In this document: positions 39,096 through 52,191 of the stretch, piece by piece
Layout: every line of letters begins with the position of its first letter
Numbering within the stretch: the stretch's first letter is position 1
Assembly: GCA_963839985.1 (NCBI GenBank)
Contig: CAWIXG010000002.1
Location: 58,758 to 122,757, forward strand
Source of the DNA: an uncultured Alphaproteobacteria bacterium
Lineage (GTDB): Bacteria > Pseudomonadota > Alphaproteobacteria > Rhizobiales > Xanthobacteraceae
DNA length: 64,000 nucleotides
Reading direction: 5' to 3'
The notes under the pieces: model-generated
Database searches by the model: none
Seen by the model: the letters and a program-made list of their open reading frames with translations, nothing else
Told to the model about the DNA's origin: nothing
Made by a program: the position numbers and the translations under genes

Positions 39096-40478
39096 ATGCA
39101 TCCGGCTTTTGCATCCGGCGACGGCGCCTCCGTCCCGATCTGGTTCGTCACCACGGATACGTTCGCGCAGGTGCGCGCCGGACTTGGGGCGCCGGCGCGC
39201 CGCTTTGCCGAGGCCGCGGCATTCGAGCCGAAGGCCGGGCAGTTCCTGCTGCTGCCGGGCGGCAATGGCGCGCTCGACGGCGTGCTGTTCGGGCTGGAGA
39301 GCGGCGCACGCCCCGACAAGGACCGCTTCCTGCCCGGCCGCCTGCCGCTGCTGCTGCCGGCGGGCACCTATCGCTTCGCCAACGCGCCGCACGATATGCG
39401 CCTTGCCGCGCTCGCTTTTGCGCTCGGTGGCTACAAGTTCACGCGCTATCGCAAGGCGGAGGCGAACGGCGCCAGGCTCGTGGTGCCGGACGGCGTGGAC
39501 GGCGCCGAGCTCTCGCGCCTTGCCGAGGGTGTCGCGCTTGCGCGCGATCTCGTCAACACGCCGGCCAACGACCTGGGCCCGGCCGAGCTCGAACAGGCGG
39601 CGCGCGACCTCGCGGCGAAGCATGGCGCCGCCATCCGCTCGATCGTGGGCGAGGATCTGCTGACGCAGAATTTTCCGCTGATCCACGCGGTCGGCCGCGC
39701 CTCGCCGCGCGCGCCGCGGCTGATCGATCTCACCTGGGGCGAGGCACAGCATCCGAAGATCACGCTGGTCGGCAAGGGCGTGTGCTTCGACACCGGCGGG
39801 CTCGACATCAAGCCGGACGCCGGAATGCTGATCATGAAAAAGGACATGGGCGGCGCCGCCAGCGTGCTCGCAGCGGCGCATATGATCATGGACGGCAAGC
39901 TCAAGGTGCGGCTGCGCGTGTTGATCCCGGCGGTCGAGAACGCAATCGCCGGCGACGCCTTCCGCCCGCTCGATGTCTACACCTCGCGCAAGGGGCTGAC
40001 GGTCGAGATCGGCAACACCGATGCGGAAGGCCGCCTCGTGCTCGCCGACGCGCTCGCGCTCGCCGACGAGGAGCATCCCGACCTGATCGTGGACCTCGCG
40101 ACGCTGACCGGCGCTGCGCGCGTCGCGCTTGGGCCGGAGCTGCCGCCGTTCTTCACGCCCGACGACCAGCTCGCGGCGGACCTCGCGCGCCATGCGCAAG
40201 CCGAGCGCGATCCGATGTGGCGCATGCCGCTGTGGCGGCCGTACGAGGCGATGCTCGAGTCCAAGACCGCCGACATCAACAATGTCGGCGGCGCGCAGGC
40301 GGGCGCGATCACGGCCGCGCTGTTCCTCAGCCGCTTCGTCACCACCAGGGCGTGGGCGCATTTCGACATCTATGCCTGGACGCCGGCGGCCAAGCCCGCG
40401 CGGCCCGACGGTGGCGAGTGCCAGGTCGCCCGCGCGCTCTATGCGCTGCTGAAGGAGCGGTATTCCTCGACCTCTTGA
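39096..40478 (+). CDS. M17-family leucyl aminopeptidase-like protein
   Basis: NTPANDLGP, VGKGVCFDTGGLDIKP, MKKDMGGAA and NTDAEGRLVLAD are M17 catalytic-domain motifs. Confidence 0.88.
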   Translation: MHPAFASGDGASVPIWFVTTDTFAQVRAGLGAPARRFAEAAAFEPKAGQFLLLPGGNGALDGVLFGLESGARPDKDRFLPGRLPLLLPAGTYRFANAPHDMRLAALAFALGGYKFTRYRKAEANGARLVVPDGVDGAELSRLAEGVALARDLVNTPANDLGPAELEQAARDLAAKHGAAIRSIVGEDLLTQNFPLIHAVGRASPRAPRLIDLTWGEAQHPKITLVGKGVCFDTGGLDIKPDAGMLIMKKDMGGAASVLAAAHMIMDGKLKVRLRVLIPAVENAIAGDAFRPLDVYTSRKGLTVEIGNTDAEGRLVLADALALADEEHPDLIVDLATLTGAARVALGPELPPFFTPDDQLAADLARHAQAERDPMWRMPLWRPYEAMLESKTADINNVGGAQAGAITAALFLSRFVTTRAWAHFDIYAWTPAAKPARPDGGECQVARALYALLKERYSSTS

Positions 40479-40603
40479 GGCGCGCGGAAAAAAAATCGCA
40501 AAACAACCCCATGCAAAGAACAAATTCCAGCCTGGGAGGGTCGCGCTTGCTGATCCGCCTGCGTTCTGAAACAATTCGGCTCCGAAACGATCTGGACGCG
40601 CCC

Positions 40604-40954
40604 ATGGCGGTGGAGTTGCGGCCCTCGCAGGCCTTGAAGCTGCTGCAGGACTTCTCGGTCGCGCTGGTCACCGGCGGCGAGCCGGACCTCTCGACGCGCC
40701 AACTCTCCATCCTGCTCACGATTTATTTGCAGCCGCCGCCGCATACTGTGCGCGGTCTTGCCGCATCGCTGAAGGTGACCAAACCCGTGATCACGCGCGC
40801 GCTCGACACGATGGGAAAGCTCGGACTGGTCGCGCGCCGCCGCGACGAGGCCGATCGCCGCAACGTCGTGATCCAGCGCACGATGCAGGGCGCGCTCGCG
40901 GTCGAGCGGCTCGGCGATCTGCTGATCGCCAAGGCACGGGAGTTGCCGCGGTGA
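40604..40954 (+). CDS. MarR-family winged-helix transcriptional regulator
   Basis: Tail of ORF 39782..40954. LSTRQLSILLTIYLQPPPHTVRGLAASLKVTKPVITRALDTMGKLGLVARRRDEADRRNVVI is the wHTH region. ATG 40604 is preferred because third-position GC drops upstream of it; ATG 40511 is the alternative. Confidence 0.75.
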   Translation: MAVELRPSQALKLLQDFSVALVTGGEPDLSTRQLSILLTIYLQPPPHTVRGLAASLKVTKPVITRALDTMGKLGLVARRRDEADRRNVVIQRTMQGALAVERLGDLLIAKARELPR

Positions 40955-41784
40955 ATTTCGATCCGCGCATCACGCCGGCACGCGAAGATCTCGCGGCAAA
41001 GCATCTCGAGGGCAAGGTCACGGCGGCGCGCTTTGCTGCCGGCGAAGAGCGCGAGGTGGCCGACGCGCAGGCGCCGCTGCGCGAGCGCCCGTCCCCCGAC
41101 GCGACCATGATGACCGAGGCGCTGATGGGCGAGCGCATGACGGTCTACGAGTTCGACCAGGAAGGCTGGGCCTGGGGCCAACTGGCCGGCGACGGCTACG
41201 TCGGCTGGTTGCCGGCGAACGCCCTGCTGCCGCCGCGCGAGACGCCGACCCACAAGGTGACGGTGCCGCGCACGCTGGCGTTTCCCGGGCCCTCGATCAA
41301 GCTGCCGCCGGTCGCGATGCCGCCGCTGGGCAGCCGCATTGCCGTGACCGGCACGCAGGACCGCTTCGCGGTCTCAGCCGTAGGCTTCATACCGCGCGGT
41401 CATCTTGCGCCGCTGGCGAGCCGCGAGACGGATTTCGTCGCGGTCGCGGAACGCTTCCTCGGAGTGCCGTACCTGTGGGGCGGCAAGACCAGCCTCGGGC
41501 TCGACTGCTCCGGCCTGGTGCAGGTCGCCCTGGGCGCCTGCGGCATCCCCTGCCCGCGCGACAGCGACATGCAGGAAGCCGCGTTCGCCACCGCGATCGA
41601 TATCGCGCAGGCGCGGCGCGGCGATCTGGTGTTCTGGAAGGGCCATGTGGCGATCGTGCGCGACGGCGCGAACGTCATTCACGCCAACGCATTTCACATG
41701 AGCGTCACGGTCGAGCCGATCGTGACCGCGATCTCGCGCATCAGCGCGGCCGGCAGCCATGTGACGAGCGTGAAGCGGATCTGA
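40951..41784 (+). CDS. NlpC/P60 (C40) peptidase with N-terminal SH3-like domain
   Basis: GTG 40951 overlaps the MarR stop (GTGA). GVPYLWGGKTSLGLDCSGLVQVAL holds the catalytic Cys, and GDLVFWKGHVAIV the catalytic His. Confidence 0.85.
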   Translation: MNFDPRITPAREDLAAKHLEGKVTAARFAAGEEREVADAQAPLRERPSPDATMMTEALMGERMTVYEFDQEGWAWGQLAGDGYVGWLPANALLPPRETPTHKVTVPRTLAFPGPSIKLPPVAMPPLGSRIAVTGTQDRFAVSAVGFIPRGHLAPLASRETDFVAVAERFLGVPYLWGGKTSLGLDCSGLVQVALGACGIPCPRDSDMQEAAFATAIDIAQARRGDLVFWKGHVAIVRDGANVIHANAFHMSVTVEPIVTAISRISAAGSHVTSVKRI

Positions 41785-41854
41785 GTGCCGCGTGCTCCCG
41801 TCTACCCTCTCCCTCAAGGGGAGAGGGTTGCACCGAGCCTGCGGCCACGAGCAA

Positions 41855-42817
41855 TCAATACCCGACGCCGCGGTCGACAACATTCGTCAGCGCCTCGCCG
41901 CGCTCGAACGCCGCGATCTGCTCCGCCACATAAAGCGAGATCGCGTCCGGGTCGGTGTCGGCGGCATTGTGCGGCGAGAGCGTCACCTTCGGATGCGACC
42001 AGAACGGGCTGTCCGGCGGCAACGGCTCGGTGCCGAACACATCGAGCGTGACGGCGCCAAGCGTGCCGTCGTCGAGGCAGGCGAGGATATCCTCCTCGAC
42101 CTGCAAGCCGCCGCGCCCCGCGTTGATGACCACCGGCCCGCCGAGGCGGCCGTCGCGCGCGAGCCTGCCGAAGGTCGCGCGATTCAGGATGCCGCGCGTC
42201 TGCGGCGTCAGCGGCAGCAGGCACACCAGCACATCGGTGCGCGTCAGAAAGTCTCCAAGCTGTTGTTCGCCTGCGTAGCACGCGATACCGGCTATCGACT
42301 TGGGCGTATTGCTCCAGCCCGCGACGTCGAACCCGATGCGCGCCAGCACCTCCGCGGCGTCGCGCCCGAGAACGCCCATCCCCATGATGCCGACCCGAAG
42401 GTCGCGCGCCGCCCATTGCAGCTTCGGCGCCCAGACGCGGCCGCGCTGGCTCTCGGCGTAGTAAGCCTGCCGCCGGTGATGCATCAGCACGTGCATCACG
42501 ACATATTCGGTCATCCGTCCGGTGAGGTCGTCGACCGCGACGCGCACCAGCGGCACGTCCGGCAACGTCGCATCGGCGACCACCGCGTCGACGCCGGCGC
42601 CGAGATTGAAGATCACCTCGAGTTTGGGAAAGCCGCCGAGCACGCCGGGCCGCGGTTTCCACACCGCGGCGTAGCGCACCAGCGCCGGATCGATCGCGTC
42701 CTCGCCGACCAGCGCCACCGCCCGCTCCGGGCACACGCGACTGAAGCGCTCGCGCCAGCGCCCCGGCGCCCAGTTCTCCGTGCCGCCGCTGATCAGAAGG
42801 GCGAGTGCGCCCTTCAC
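41855..42817 (-). CDS. D-isomer-specific 2-hydroxyacid dehydrogenase (glyoxylate/hydroxypyruvate reductase-like)
   Basis: The NAD-binding motif is VGIMGMGVLGRD, and SPHNAA lies near the C-terminus. GTG 42817 overlaps the yejF stop (GTGA). Confidence 0.85.
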   Translation of the reverse strand: MKGALALLISGGTENWAPGRWRERFSRVCPERAVALVGEDAIDPALVRYAAVWKPRPGVLGGFPKLEVIFNLGAGVDAVVADATLPDVPLVRVAVDDLTGRMTEYVVMHVLMHHRRQAYYAESQRGRVWAPKLQWAARDLRVGIMGMGVLGRDAAEVLARIGFDVAGWSNTPKSIAGIACYAGEQQLGDFLTRTDVLVCLLPLTPQTRGILNRATFGRLARDGRLGGPVVINAGRGGLQVEEDILACLDDGTLGAVTLDVFGTEPLPPDSPFWSHPKVTLSPHNAADTDPDAISLYVAEQIAAFERGEALTNVVDRGVGY

Positions 42818-44448
42818 TGGTTCACCACGCCTTCGACGGTGTCGAGATTGAACGCGGCGGCAAACAGCGCGCGCGTGTAGTCGCTTTGCGGCCGCGCGAA
42901 GATCTCGGCCGCCGCGCCCTCCTCCACCACCTTGCCGTTGCGCATCACGATCAAACGGCTCGCCAGCGCCGAGACCACGCGCAGGTCGTGCGAGATAAAC
43001 AGATAGGTGAGCTCGCGGCGCTTCTGCAGGTCGCGCAAGAGGTCGACGATCTGCGACTGGATCAGCATGTCGAGCGCGGAGGTCGGCTCGTCCATCACCA
43101 CGAAGGTCGGCTCCAGCACGATCGCGCGCGCGACCGCGATGCGCTGGCGCTGGCCGCCGGAAAATTCGTGCGGATAGCGGAAACGCGTCTCCGGATCGAG
43201 CCCGACGTCGCGCAGCGCGGCGACCACGCGCGTCTCGCGCTCGGCCATGGAGAGCTTGGGCTGGTGCACCCCCAGGCCCTCCGCGATGATGTCGGCGACC
43301 GACATGCGCGGCGAGAGCGAGCCGAACGGATCCTGGAACACGATCTGCATGTCGCGCCGGAACGGCCGCATCTCCTTGAACTTCAGTCCCTGCAGCGCCT
43401 TGCCCATGAACACGATCGGGCCGTCGGACGAGATCAGCCGCAGGATCGCGAGGCCCAGCGTGGTCTTGCCCGAGCCGGATTCGCCCACGATGCCGAGCGT
43501 CTCGCCCTTGCGCACCGCGATCGACACGCCGTCGACCGCCTTGATGTGCCCGACCACCTTGCGCAGCACGCCGCGCTTGATCGGGAACCAGACTTTCAGG
43601 TTATCGGTCTGGACCACGACCGGCGCCTGCGGCTGCAGCGGTGCGGGATCGGGCTTCGGCTCGGCCGCGAGCAGCGCGCGCGTGTAGGGATGCTGCGGAC
43701 GCTCGAACACGCCGTTCACCGCGCCGGTCTCGACGATCTTGCCGTCCTTCATCACGCAGACCCGGTCGGCGATCTTGCGCACGATGCCGAGGTCATGGGT
43801 GATGAACAGCATCGCCATGCCGAGCCGGCCCTGCAGCTCCTTCAGCAGCGTCAGGATCTGCGCCTGCACGGTGACGTCGAGTGCGGTGGTCGGCTCGTCG
43901 GCGATCAGCAGGTCGGGCTCGTTGGCGAGCGCCATCGCGATCATCACGCGCTGGCGCTGCCCGCCGGACAGCTGGTGCGGATAGCTGCCGAGCCGGCCCT
44001 GCGGATCGGGAATGCCGCACAGGCTCAGCAGCTCGATCGTGCGCGCACGTGCGGGCGCGCCGGCCAGGCCGCCATGCAGCAGCAGGATCTCGGCGATCTG
44101 CTTCTCGATGGTGTGCAGCGGATTGAGCGAGGTCGTCGGTTCCTGGAAGATGATCGTGATGTCGTTGCCGCGCACCGCGCGCATCGCGTCCTCGCCGAGC
44201 GCGAGAAGCTCGCGCCCCTTGAAACGGATCTCGCCCGAGGGATGGCTCGCCGCCGGATAGGGCAACAGCTTCATCACCGACAGTGCGGTGACCGACTTGC
44301 CCGAGCCGGATTCACCGACCAGCGCGACGGTCTCGCCCTTGGCGATCTCGAACGACACGCGGTCGACCGCGAGCAGGCGCCGCCCGCCATGGCCAAAGGC
44401 GACCGAGAGATCGCGGATCGTGAGCAGCGGCTGGGTCACGGCGTCCAT
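42814..44448 (-). CDS. yejF: ABC transporter ATP-binding protein, two fused ABC domains
   Basis: ATG 44448 within ORF 42814..45171. Two Walker A motifs ([20 protein letters not shown]), two signature motifs ([16 protein letters not shown]), and oligopeptide-type C-terminal extensions. Confidence 0.88.
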   Translation of the reverse strand: MDAVTQPLLTIRDLSVAFGHGGRRLLAVDRVSFEIAKGETVALVGESGSGKSVTALSVMKLLPYPAASHPSGEIRFKGRELLALGEDAMRAVRGNDITIIFQEPTTSLNPLHTIEKQIAEILLLHGGLAGAPARARTIELLSLCGIPDPQGRLGSYPHQLSGGQRQRVMIAMALANEPDLLIADEPTTALDVTVQAQILTLLKELQGRLGMAMLFITHDLGIVRKIADRVCVMKDGKIVETGAVNGVFERPQHPYTRALLAAEPKPDPAPLQPQAPVVVQTDNLKVWFPIKRGVLRKVVGHIKAVDGVSIAVRKGETLGIVGESGSGKTTLGLAILRLISSDGPIVFMGKALQGLKFKEMRPFRRDMQIVFQDPFGSLSPRMSVADIIAEGLGVHQPKLSMAERETRVVAALRDVGLDPETRFRYPHEFSGGQRQRIAVARAIVLEPTFVVMDEPTSALDMLIQSQIVDLLRDLQKRRELTYLFISHDLRVVSALASRLIVMRNGKVVEEGAAAEIFARPQSDYTRALFAAAFNLDTVEGVVNQ

Positions 44449-45626
44449 CAGCGGAACGCCTTGCGCGGATCGAACGCGTCGCGCACCGCCTCGCCGATGA
44501 AGATGAGCAGCGAGAGCATGAACGCCACGGTGAAGAAGCCCATCAGGCCGAGCCACGGCGCCTGGATGTTGGCCTTGCCTTGCGCCAGCAGTTCGCCGAG
44601 CGAGGGCGAGCCGGGCGGCAGGCCGAAGCCGAGGAAGTCGAGCGCCGTGAGGGTCATCACCGAGGACGATACGATGAACGGCAGGAACGTCATGGTGGCG
44701 ACCATCGCGTTCGGCAGCAGATGGCGGAACATGATGGTGCGGTTCGAGACGCCGAGCGCGCGCGCCGCCTGGATGTACTCGAAATTGCGCCCGCGCAGGA
44801 ACTCGGCGCGCACCAGGCCGACCAGCGAGACCCAAGAGAACAGCAGCAATATGCCGAGCAGCACGAAGAAGCCGGGCACCAGCACCGACGAGATGATCAG
44901 CAGCAGATAGAGCGACGGGATCGCGGTCCAGATCTCGATGAAGCGCTGGAACAGGAGGTCGGTCCAGCCGCCGAAATAGCCCTGCACCGCGCCGGCCGCG
45001 ACGCCGATAATCGAGGAGAAGATCGTCAGCGTCAGCCCGAACAGCACCGAGATGCGGAAGCCGTAGATCATCCGCGCCACCACGTCGCGGCCCTGGTCGT
45101 CGGTGCCGAGCCAGTTGTATTCGAGATCGGCGCAGCTCTTGCCGCCGATCTTCTCGGCCGCGGCCTTGCATTGCGGTTCGCTCAGCATCCAGGTCGGCGG
45201 CGAGGGCGCCGGCGTCGGCAGGTTGAGGTTATGCGTCGAATAGGAGAAGCGGATCGGCGGCCACCAGATCGATCCGCCCTTGTCGAAAATCAGTTTGCGC
45301 AGGTACGAATCGCGATAGTCCGCCGCGGTCTCGAACTCGCCGCCGAACGCCGTCTCCGGATAGGTGAACAGCACCGGCACGAAGGTCCGGCCCTCAAGGC
45401 GGATCATGAACGGCTTGTCGTTCGCCAGAAACTCGGCGAACAGCGTGACCAGGAACAGCACGATGAAGATCCAGAACGACACGTAGCCGCGCCGGTTCGC
45501 CTTGAAATTCAGCCAGCGCCGCCTGTTGACCGGCGACATGATCAGCGCATGCCGTCCCGGCGGCGCTTCGAGGCCCATCACGCCGACCGCGGCGGTTTCG
45601 GGAAGGTCCGGCGTGCGCGCGTCCAC
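44448..45626 (-). CDS. yejE: ABC transporter permease
   Basis: SPVNRRRWLNFKANRRGYVSFWIFIVLF closely matches the E. coli YejE N-terminus. The start is uncertain: GTG 45626, ATG 45578 or ATG 45539. Confidence 0.85.
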   Translation of the reverse strand: MDARTPDLPETAAVGVMGLEAPPGRHALIMSPVNRRRWLNFKANRRGYVSFWIFIVLFLVTLFAEFLANDKPFMIRLEGRTFVPVLFTYPETAFGGEFETAADYRDSYLRKLIFDKGGSIWWPPIRFSYSTHNLNLPTPAPSPPTWMLSEPQCKAAAEKIGGKSCADLEYNWLGTDDQGRDVVARMIYGFRISVLFGLTLTIFSSIIGVAAGAVQGYFGGWTDLLFQRFIEIWTAIPSLYLLLIISSVLVPGFFVLLGILLLFSWVSLVGLVRAEFLRGRNFEYIQAARALGVSNRTIMFRHLLPNAMVATMTFLPFIVSSSVMTLTALDFLGFGLPPGSPSLGELLAQGKANIQAPWLGLMGFFTVAFMLSLLIFIGEAVRDAFDPRKAFR

Positions 45627-45627
45627 C

Positions 45628-46737
45628 TCACACCTCCCGGGTCTCGAAGTCGATGCGCGGATCGACCCAGGTATAGGTGAGGTCGGCGATCAGGTTCACC
45701 GCGAGCCCGACGAGCGAGAAGATGTAGAGCGTCGCGAACACCACCGGATAATCGCGGTTGAGAATGCTCTCGAAGCCGAGCAGCCCGAGCCCGTCGAGCG
45801 AGAAGATCGTCTCGATCAGCAGCGCGCCGGTGAAGAAGGCGTGCACGAAGGCGCCCGGGAAGCCCGCGATGATGATCAGCATCGCGTTGCGGAAGACGTG
45901 GCCGTACAGCACCTGGCGCGAGCTGCAGCCCTTCGCGCGCGCGGTCAGCACGTATTGCTTGCGGATCTCGTCGAGGAACGAGTTCTTGGTCAGGAGCGCC
46001 ATCGTGGCGAAGGCGGCGAGCGACATCGAGATGAGCGGCAGCACCAGGTGCCAGAAGTAGTCGAGGATTTTCGAATACCACGGCATCGCGGCGAAGGTGT
46101 CCGAGGTCAGTCCGCGCAGCGGGAAGACGTCCCAGAACGAGCCGCCCGCAAACAGGATGATGAGCAGGATCGCGAACAGGAAGCCGGGGATCGCGTAGCC
46201 GATGATGATGATGCTCGAGGTCCAGGTGTCGAACGGCGTACCGTCGTGCACTGCCTTGCGGATGCCGAGCGGGATCGAGATCAGGTAGGTCAGCAGCGTC
46301 ATGAAGATGCCGAGCGACATCGAAACCGGCAGTTTCTCCCTGACCAACTGCAGCACGCTGACGTCGCGGAAGAAGCTCTTGCCGAAGTCGAAGGTCGCGA
46401 AATTCCGCAGCATCAGGAAGAAGCGCTCGTGCGCCGGCTTGTCGAAGCCGAACTGCTTCTCCAGCGACTTGATGAACTCGGGATCGAGCCCCTGCGCGCC
46501 GCGATACTTCGAGTTCACCTCGCCGCCCGCTCCGGCCTGCGGTGCGCCGCGTGAGCCGAAATCACCGGACGAGCCGGAGATGCGCGAGGTCGCGCCCGTG
46601 TCGGAGCCGGAAATCTGCGCGATCACGCGCTCGACCGGGCCGCCCGGCGCGAACTGCACCACGACGAACGAGACCAGCATGATGCCGAGCAGGGTCGGCA
46701 CCATGAACAGGATGCGGCGGATGATATAGGCGGTCAT
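45628..46737 (-). CDS. yejB: ABC transporter permease
   Basis: MTAYIIRRILFMVPTLLGIMLVSFVVVQFAPGGPVERVIAQI parallels the E. coli YejB N-terminus. Confidence 0.88.
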   Translation of the reverse strand: MTAYIIRRILFMVPTLLGIMLVSFVVVQFAPGGPVERVIAQISGSDTGATSRISGSSGDFGSRGAPQAGAGGEVNSKYRGAQGLDPEFIKSLEKQFGFDKPAHERFFLMLRNFATFDFGKSFFRDVSVLQLVREKLPVSMSLGIFMTLLTYLISIPLGIRKAVHDGTPFDTWTSSIIIIGYAIPGFLFAILLIILFAGGSFWDVFPLRGLTSDTFAAMPWYSKILDYFWHLVLPLISMSLAAFATMALLTKNSFLDEIRKQYVLTARAKGCSSRQVLYGHVFRNAMLIIIAGFPGAFVHAFFTGALLIETIFSLDGLGLLGFESILNRDYPVVFATLYIFSLVGLAVNLIADLTYTWVDPRIDFETREV

Positions 46738-46772
46738 CGGATGGTGTTACCTCGCGAGCGCGCGGACAGGAT

Positions 46773-48634
46773 CTAGCGCCCCCGCTCGAGCTTTGCCGCC
46801 TTGTCCTGATCGTACCACCATGTCGCTGGCGCGCCACGGCCGTAGCGCGGCGGCGCCAGATGGGCGAACACGTCCCAGTATGACATCCAGTGCGACGCCT
46901 TGTACCAGTGCGGGATCCAATAGCGGCCCGCCCGGATCACCCGGTCGAGCGCGCGGCAGGCATTGTTGAGCTCCTCGCGCGTGTTGGCCGCGATGATGAC
47001 CTCGATCAGCGCGTCGATCGCCGGATCGGCGATGCCGGCGAGATTCTGCGAGCCCTTGATCGCGGCCGACTGCGAGGAGAAATAGGCGCGCAGCGAGTCG
47101 CCCGGCGTCGAGGAAAAGCCCATCCGCGACACCGTGATGTCGAAATCGAAATCCTCGGTGCGCTTCTTGAACTGCACCGGGTCGACCTGGCGTATGGTCG
47201 CGTCGATGCCGAGCACGCCGAGGTTCTTGATGAACGGCATGTGGTGCGGCTGGAACGACGGTTCGTCGAGCAGGAATTCGATCGTGATCGGCTCGCCCTG
47301 CGGGCCGACGCGCTTGGCGTTCCTGATGACGTAGCCCGCCTGCTGCAGCAGCTGCGAGGCCCTGCGCAGCAGCGCACGGTCCTGCCCCGATCCGTCCGAC
47401 ACCGGCGGCACGAACGGCTCGCCGAACACTTCGTCCGGCACCTTGCCGCGGAACGGCTCCAGCAGCGCCAGCTCTTCGGCCGACGGCATGCCCTTCACCA
47501 TCATGTCGGAATTCTGGAACACCGAGTGGGTGCGGTCATACGACCCGTACATGATGTTCTTGTTGGTCCACTCGAAGTCGAAGGCGCAGATCAGCGCTTC
47601 GCGCAGACCGCGGTCCTTGAATTTCTCGCGCCGCATGTTGATGAACCAGCCCTGCGCGCCGGAGGGCGTGTCGTCGGGCAGGACCTCGCGCTTGACGCGG
47701 CCGTCCTTGATCGCGGGAAAATCGTACCGGGTCGCCCACACGCGCGAGGTAAATTCCTCGCGAACGAGGTAGGTCTTCGACGTGAACCCTTCGAAACCCG
47801 CCTCGCGGTCGCGGAAATACTCGTAGCGTACCGTGTCGAAATTGCCCTGCCCGCGCGAAACCGGCAGATCGGCGCCCCACCAGTCCTTCACCCGCTCGAA
47901 TTCGATGTAGCGTCCGGCCTCGAAGCGAGCGACCTTGTAGGGGCCGCAGCCGAGCGGCACGTCGAGCGTCGACTCGTCGAATGGGCGGCCGGCGTAATAG
48001 GCGCTGGAGAAGATCGGAAGGCCCGCGACGAACAGCGGCACGTCGCGGCCCCGCTTCGGCGCGAAGGTGACGACCACCGTGCGCTCGCCGTCCTCCTGCG
48101 CGCCGGCGAAGTCGCGCAGCAGCTGCATGATGATCGGGTGGCCCTTCTGCTTCAGCGCCGTGAACGAGAACACCACGTCCTTCGCGGTCAGCGGCGATCC
48201 GTCGTGGAATTTCGCCTCCGGCCGCAAGCTGTAGCGATGGGTCAGTCCGTCTTGCGAGATCGCGACCGATTGCGCCGCAAGCCCGTACATCGCATCCGGC
48301 TCGTCCTGCGCGCGCGCCATCAGGCTGACGAAGGTCAGGTCCATGCCGAGCGCGCCCTCGCCCTTGAAGATGTAGGCGTTGAGCGAGTTGAAGGTGAGGA
48401 ACGAGCCGTTGTAGCCGCGGCTGGTGACGACCTCGGAATAGAGCCCCCCCTTGGGGGCCGACGGATTGACGTAGCTGAAGTGTTTGAAATCGGCCGGATA
48501 GCTGAGGTCGCCGAAGGCCGAGATGCCGTGCCGTTCGGCGCCGGACGGTTGCTCCTGCGCCCGCGCGATGCGTGTCCCGGGCAAGGCGAGCGCAATCGTC
48601 GCGGCGGCCAGAACCTCGCGGCGGGTGAAACCCA

Positions 48635-48635
<1 letters not shown>
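46773..48635 (-). CDS. yejA: family-5 extracellular solute-binding protein (YejA-like, copy 2)
   Basis: GTG 48635 (VGFTRREVLAAATIALALPG...) overlaps the upstream TAG by 1 nt and lies in frame inside ORF 46773..48989. It is a paralogue of the upstream SBP (HGISAFGDLSYPADFKHFSYVNPSAPKGG versus HGLSLFGDLKYPAGFKHFDYVNPEAPKGG). Confidence 0.82.
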
Positions 48636-50518
<1,883 letters not shown>

Positions 50519-50686
50519 CGGGTCAGCTCCTGATAACGATCGGCCCCACCCGGCCTTAACTCAATTGGATCGAATTATGTCGGTTTTCCGAGCTCTCAAT
50601 AGACCCTTCACGGGGTCGTTATAGGGCGCCGGGTGCGCAAATCGCCGCATCCGCAATCGAGCGGCGCGCCGCCGGCGCGCGCGCGG

Positions 50687-51256
50687 CTACTGCTTCTGGC
50701 CGGCCGGAGCTTCCGCGGCCTTCGGCAACGGCGCCGGACTGTCCGCTTTGGAGTTCAGGTAGGCGATGACGTCGGCGCGCTCGCTGCCGCGCGGCAGGCC
50801 TGCGAACCCCATCGTGGTTCCCGGAACGAAGCCCTTCGGGTTGTGCAGGAAGGCATTGAGGTCCTCGATCGTCCATTTGCCGGGCTTGGCCTTCATGGCG
50901 GCCGAATAGTTGAACCCGGCATGCGAGCCGCGCTCGCGCCCCACCACGCCGTAGAGGTTCGGGCCGACGCGATTGGGCTCGCCCTTGCCGAAGGTATGGC
51001 AGGCGGCGCATTTCTTCGACGACGCCTCGCCCTTGTCGACGGCGGCGCTCGCGAGCAGCTTCTCGATCGGCTCCTCCGGCGCGGCCTGCGGGCCGGCACC
51101 ACCCTTGGTGGCCAGCTCCTGCTCGGCGACCTCGAACCCGGGCTTGGCCGGCTTGTGCGGGGCGAACACGGCCCCGGCCGCGATGTTGAGCGAGAGGAGG
51201 CACAGGCAGCTGAACAGCAAAGCGCCGAGGATCTTGTTCAGTTCGAAGGAGTCCAT
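50687..51256 (-). CDS. cycM: membrane-anchored c-type cytochrome
   Basis: ATG 51256 within ORF 50687..51316. An N-terminal TM anchor ([23 protein letters not shown]) and a linker precede a mitochondrial-type cytochrome c domain with CAACHTF and a distal Met (GTTMGFAG). Confidence 0.8.
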   Translation of the reverse strand: MDSFELNKILGALLFSCLCLLSLNIAAGAVFAPHKPAKPGFEVAEQELATKGGAGPQAAPEEPIEKLLASAAVDKGEASSKKCAACHTFGKGEPNRVGPNLYGVVGRERGSHAGFNYSAAMKAKPGKWTIEDLNAFLHNPKGFVPGTTMGFAGLPRGSERADVIAYLNSKADSPAPLPKAAEAPAGQKQ

Positions 51257-51427
51257 TGCGGCTCGGGTCCCGAAAGCTCGAGGTTTTGGCGTCAGGAATC
51301 GGGGCTGGAGCGGCACCCGTTATGGCGGACACATAGCCGGTTTGCCGCCGGGCTGGCAACCCGTGTAGACAGTCCGCAACCGGCTTTACCCTCCGCAAAA
51401 CGCAGCCGCCGAGACGGCGATTTTCCC

Positions 51428-52159
51428 ATGGAGTCCAGCATCCTGATCCTGATCCCGGCGCGCATGGCGTCGGTGCGCCTGCCGGGCAAGCCGCTCGCCG
51501 ACATCGGTGGCGTGCCGATGATCGTGCGCGTGCTGCGCGCCGCGCAAGCCGCCGCCGTCGGGCCGGTCGCGGTCGCGACCGATTCCGCCGCGATCGCCGA
51601 CGCGGTGACGGCCGCGGGCGGGCAAGCCGTGATGACGCACGGCGACCATGTGTCGGGCTCGGACCGCATTTTCGAGGCGCTTGGCAAGGCCGATCCGGCC
51701 GGCAAGGCGGCGATCGTCGTCAACATCCAGGGCGATTTCCCGACGCTGCAGGGAGCCGACATCAAGGCCGCGCTCGCCCCCCTCGCCGACCCGGCGGTCG
51801 ACATCGCGACGCTTGCGCTGGAAATCACCGACGAGGCCGAGCGCACCGATCCGAACGTCGTGAAGGCGGTCTGCTCGGCGGTGTCGCCGGGCCGCATGCG
51901 CGCGCTCTATTTCACCCGCGCCACCGCGCCGGCCGGAGAAGGCCCGCTCTATCATCACATCGGCCTCTATGCCTATCGCCGCGCCGCGCTCGAACGTTTC
52001 GTCGCGCTGCCGCCGTCCCCGCTCGAACTGCGCGAACGGCTCGAGCAATTGCGCGCACTCGAAGCCGGCATGCGCATCGATGTCGCGCTGACCGCCAACC
52101 CGATCTTCGGCGTCGACACGCCACAGCATCTGGAAAAGGCGCGCGCGCTGATCGGTTGA
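51428..52159 (+). CDS. kdsB: 3-deoxy-manno-octulosonate cytidylyltransferase
   Basis: ATG 51428 within ORF 50633..52159. [30 protein letters not shown], and the [11 protein letters not shown] region. Confidence 0.9.
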   Translation: MESSILILIPARMASVRLPGKPLADIGGVPMIVRVLRAAQAAAVGPVAVATDSAAIADAVTAAGGQAVMTHGDHVSGSDRIFEALGKADPAGKAAIVVNIQGDFPTLQGADIKAALAPLADPAVDIATLALEITDEAERTDPNVVKAVCSAVSPGRMRALYFTRATAPAGEGPLYHHIGLYAYRRAALERFVALPPSPLELRERLEQLRALEAGMRIDVALTANPIFGVDTPQHLEKARALIG

Positions 52160-52191
52160 CCCGAGCCGGCGTCAAGCATAACGGAACGCTC

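Noticed and set aside
38949-40574. N-terminal ~540 aa of the 817-aa minus-strand ORF 38121..40574.
   Set aside because: This part is antisense to the well-supported M17 aminopeptidase gene and is Arg/Gly-rich noise. The real gene is the C-terminal 275-aa TPR lipoprotein, which starts at ATG 38948 with a lipobox.
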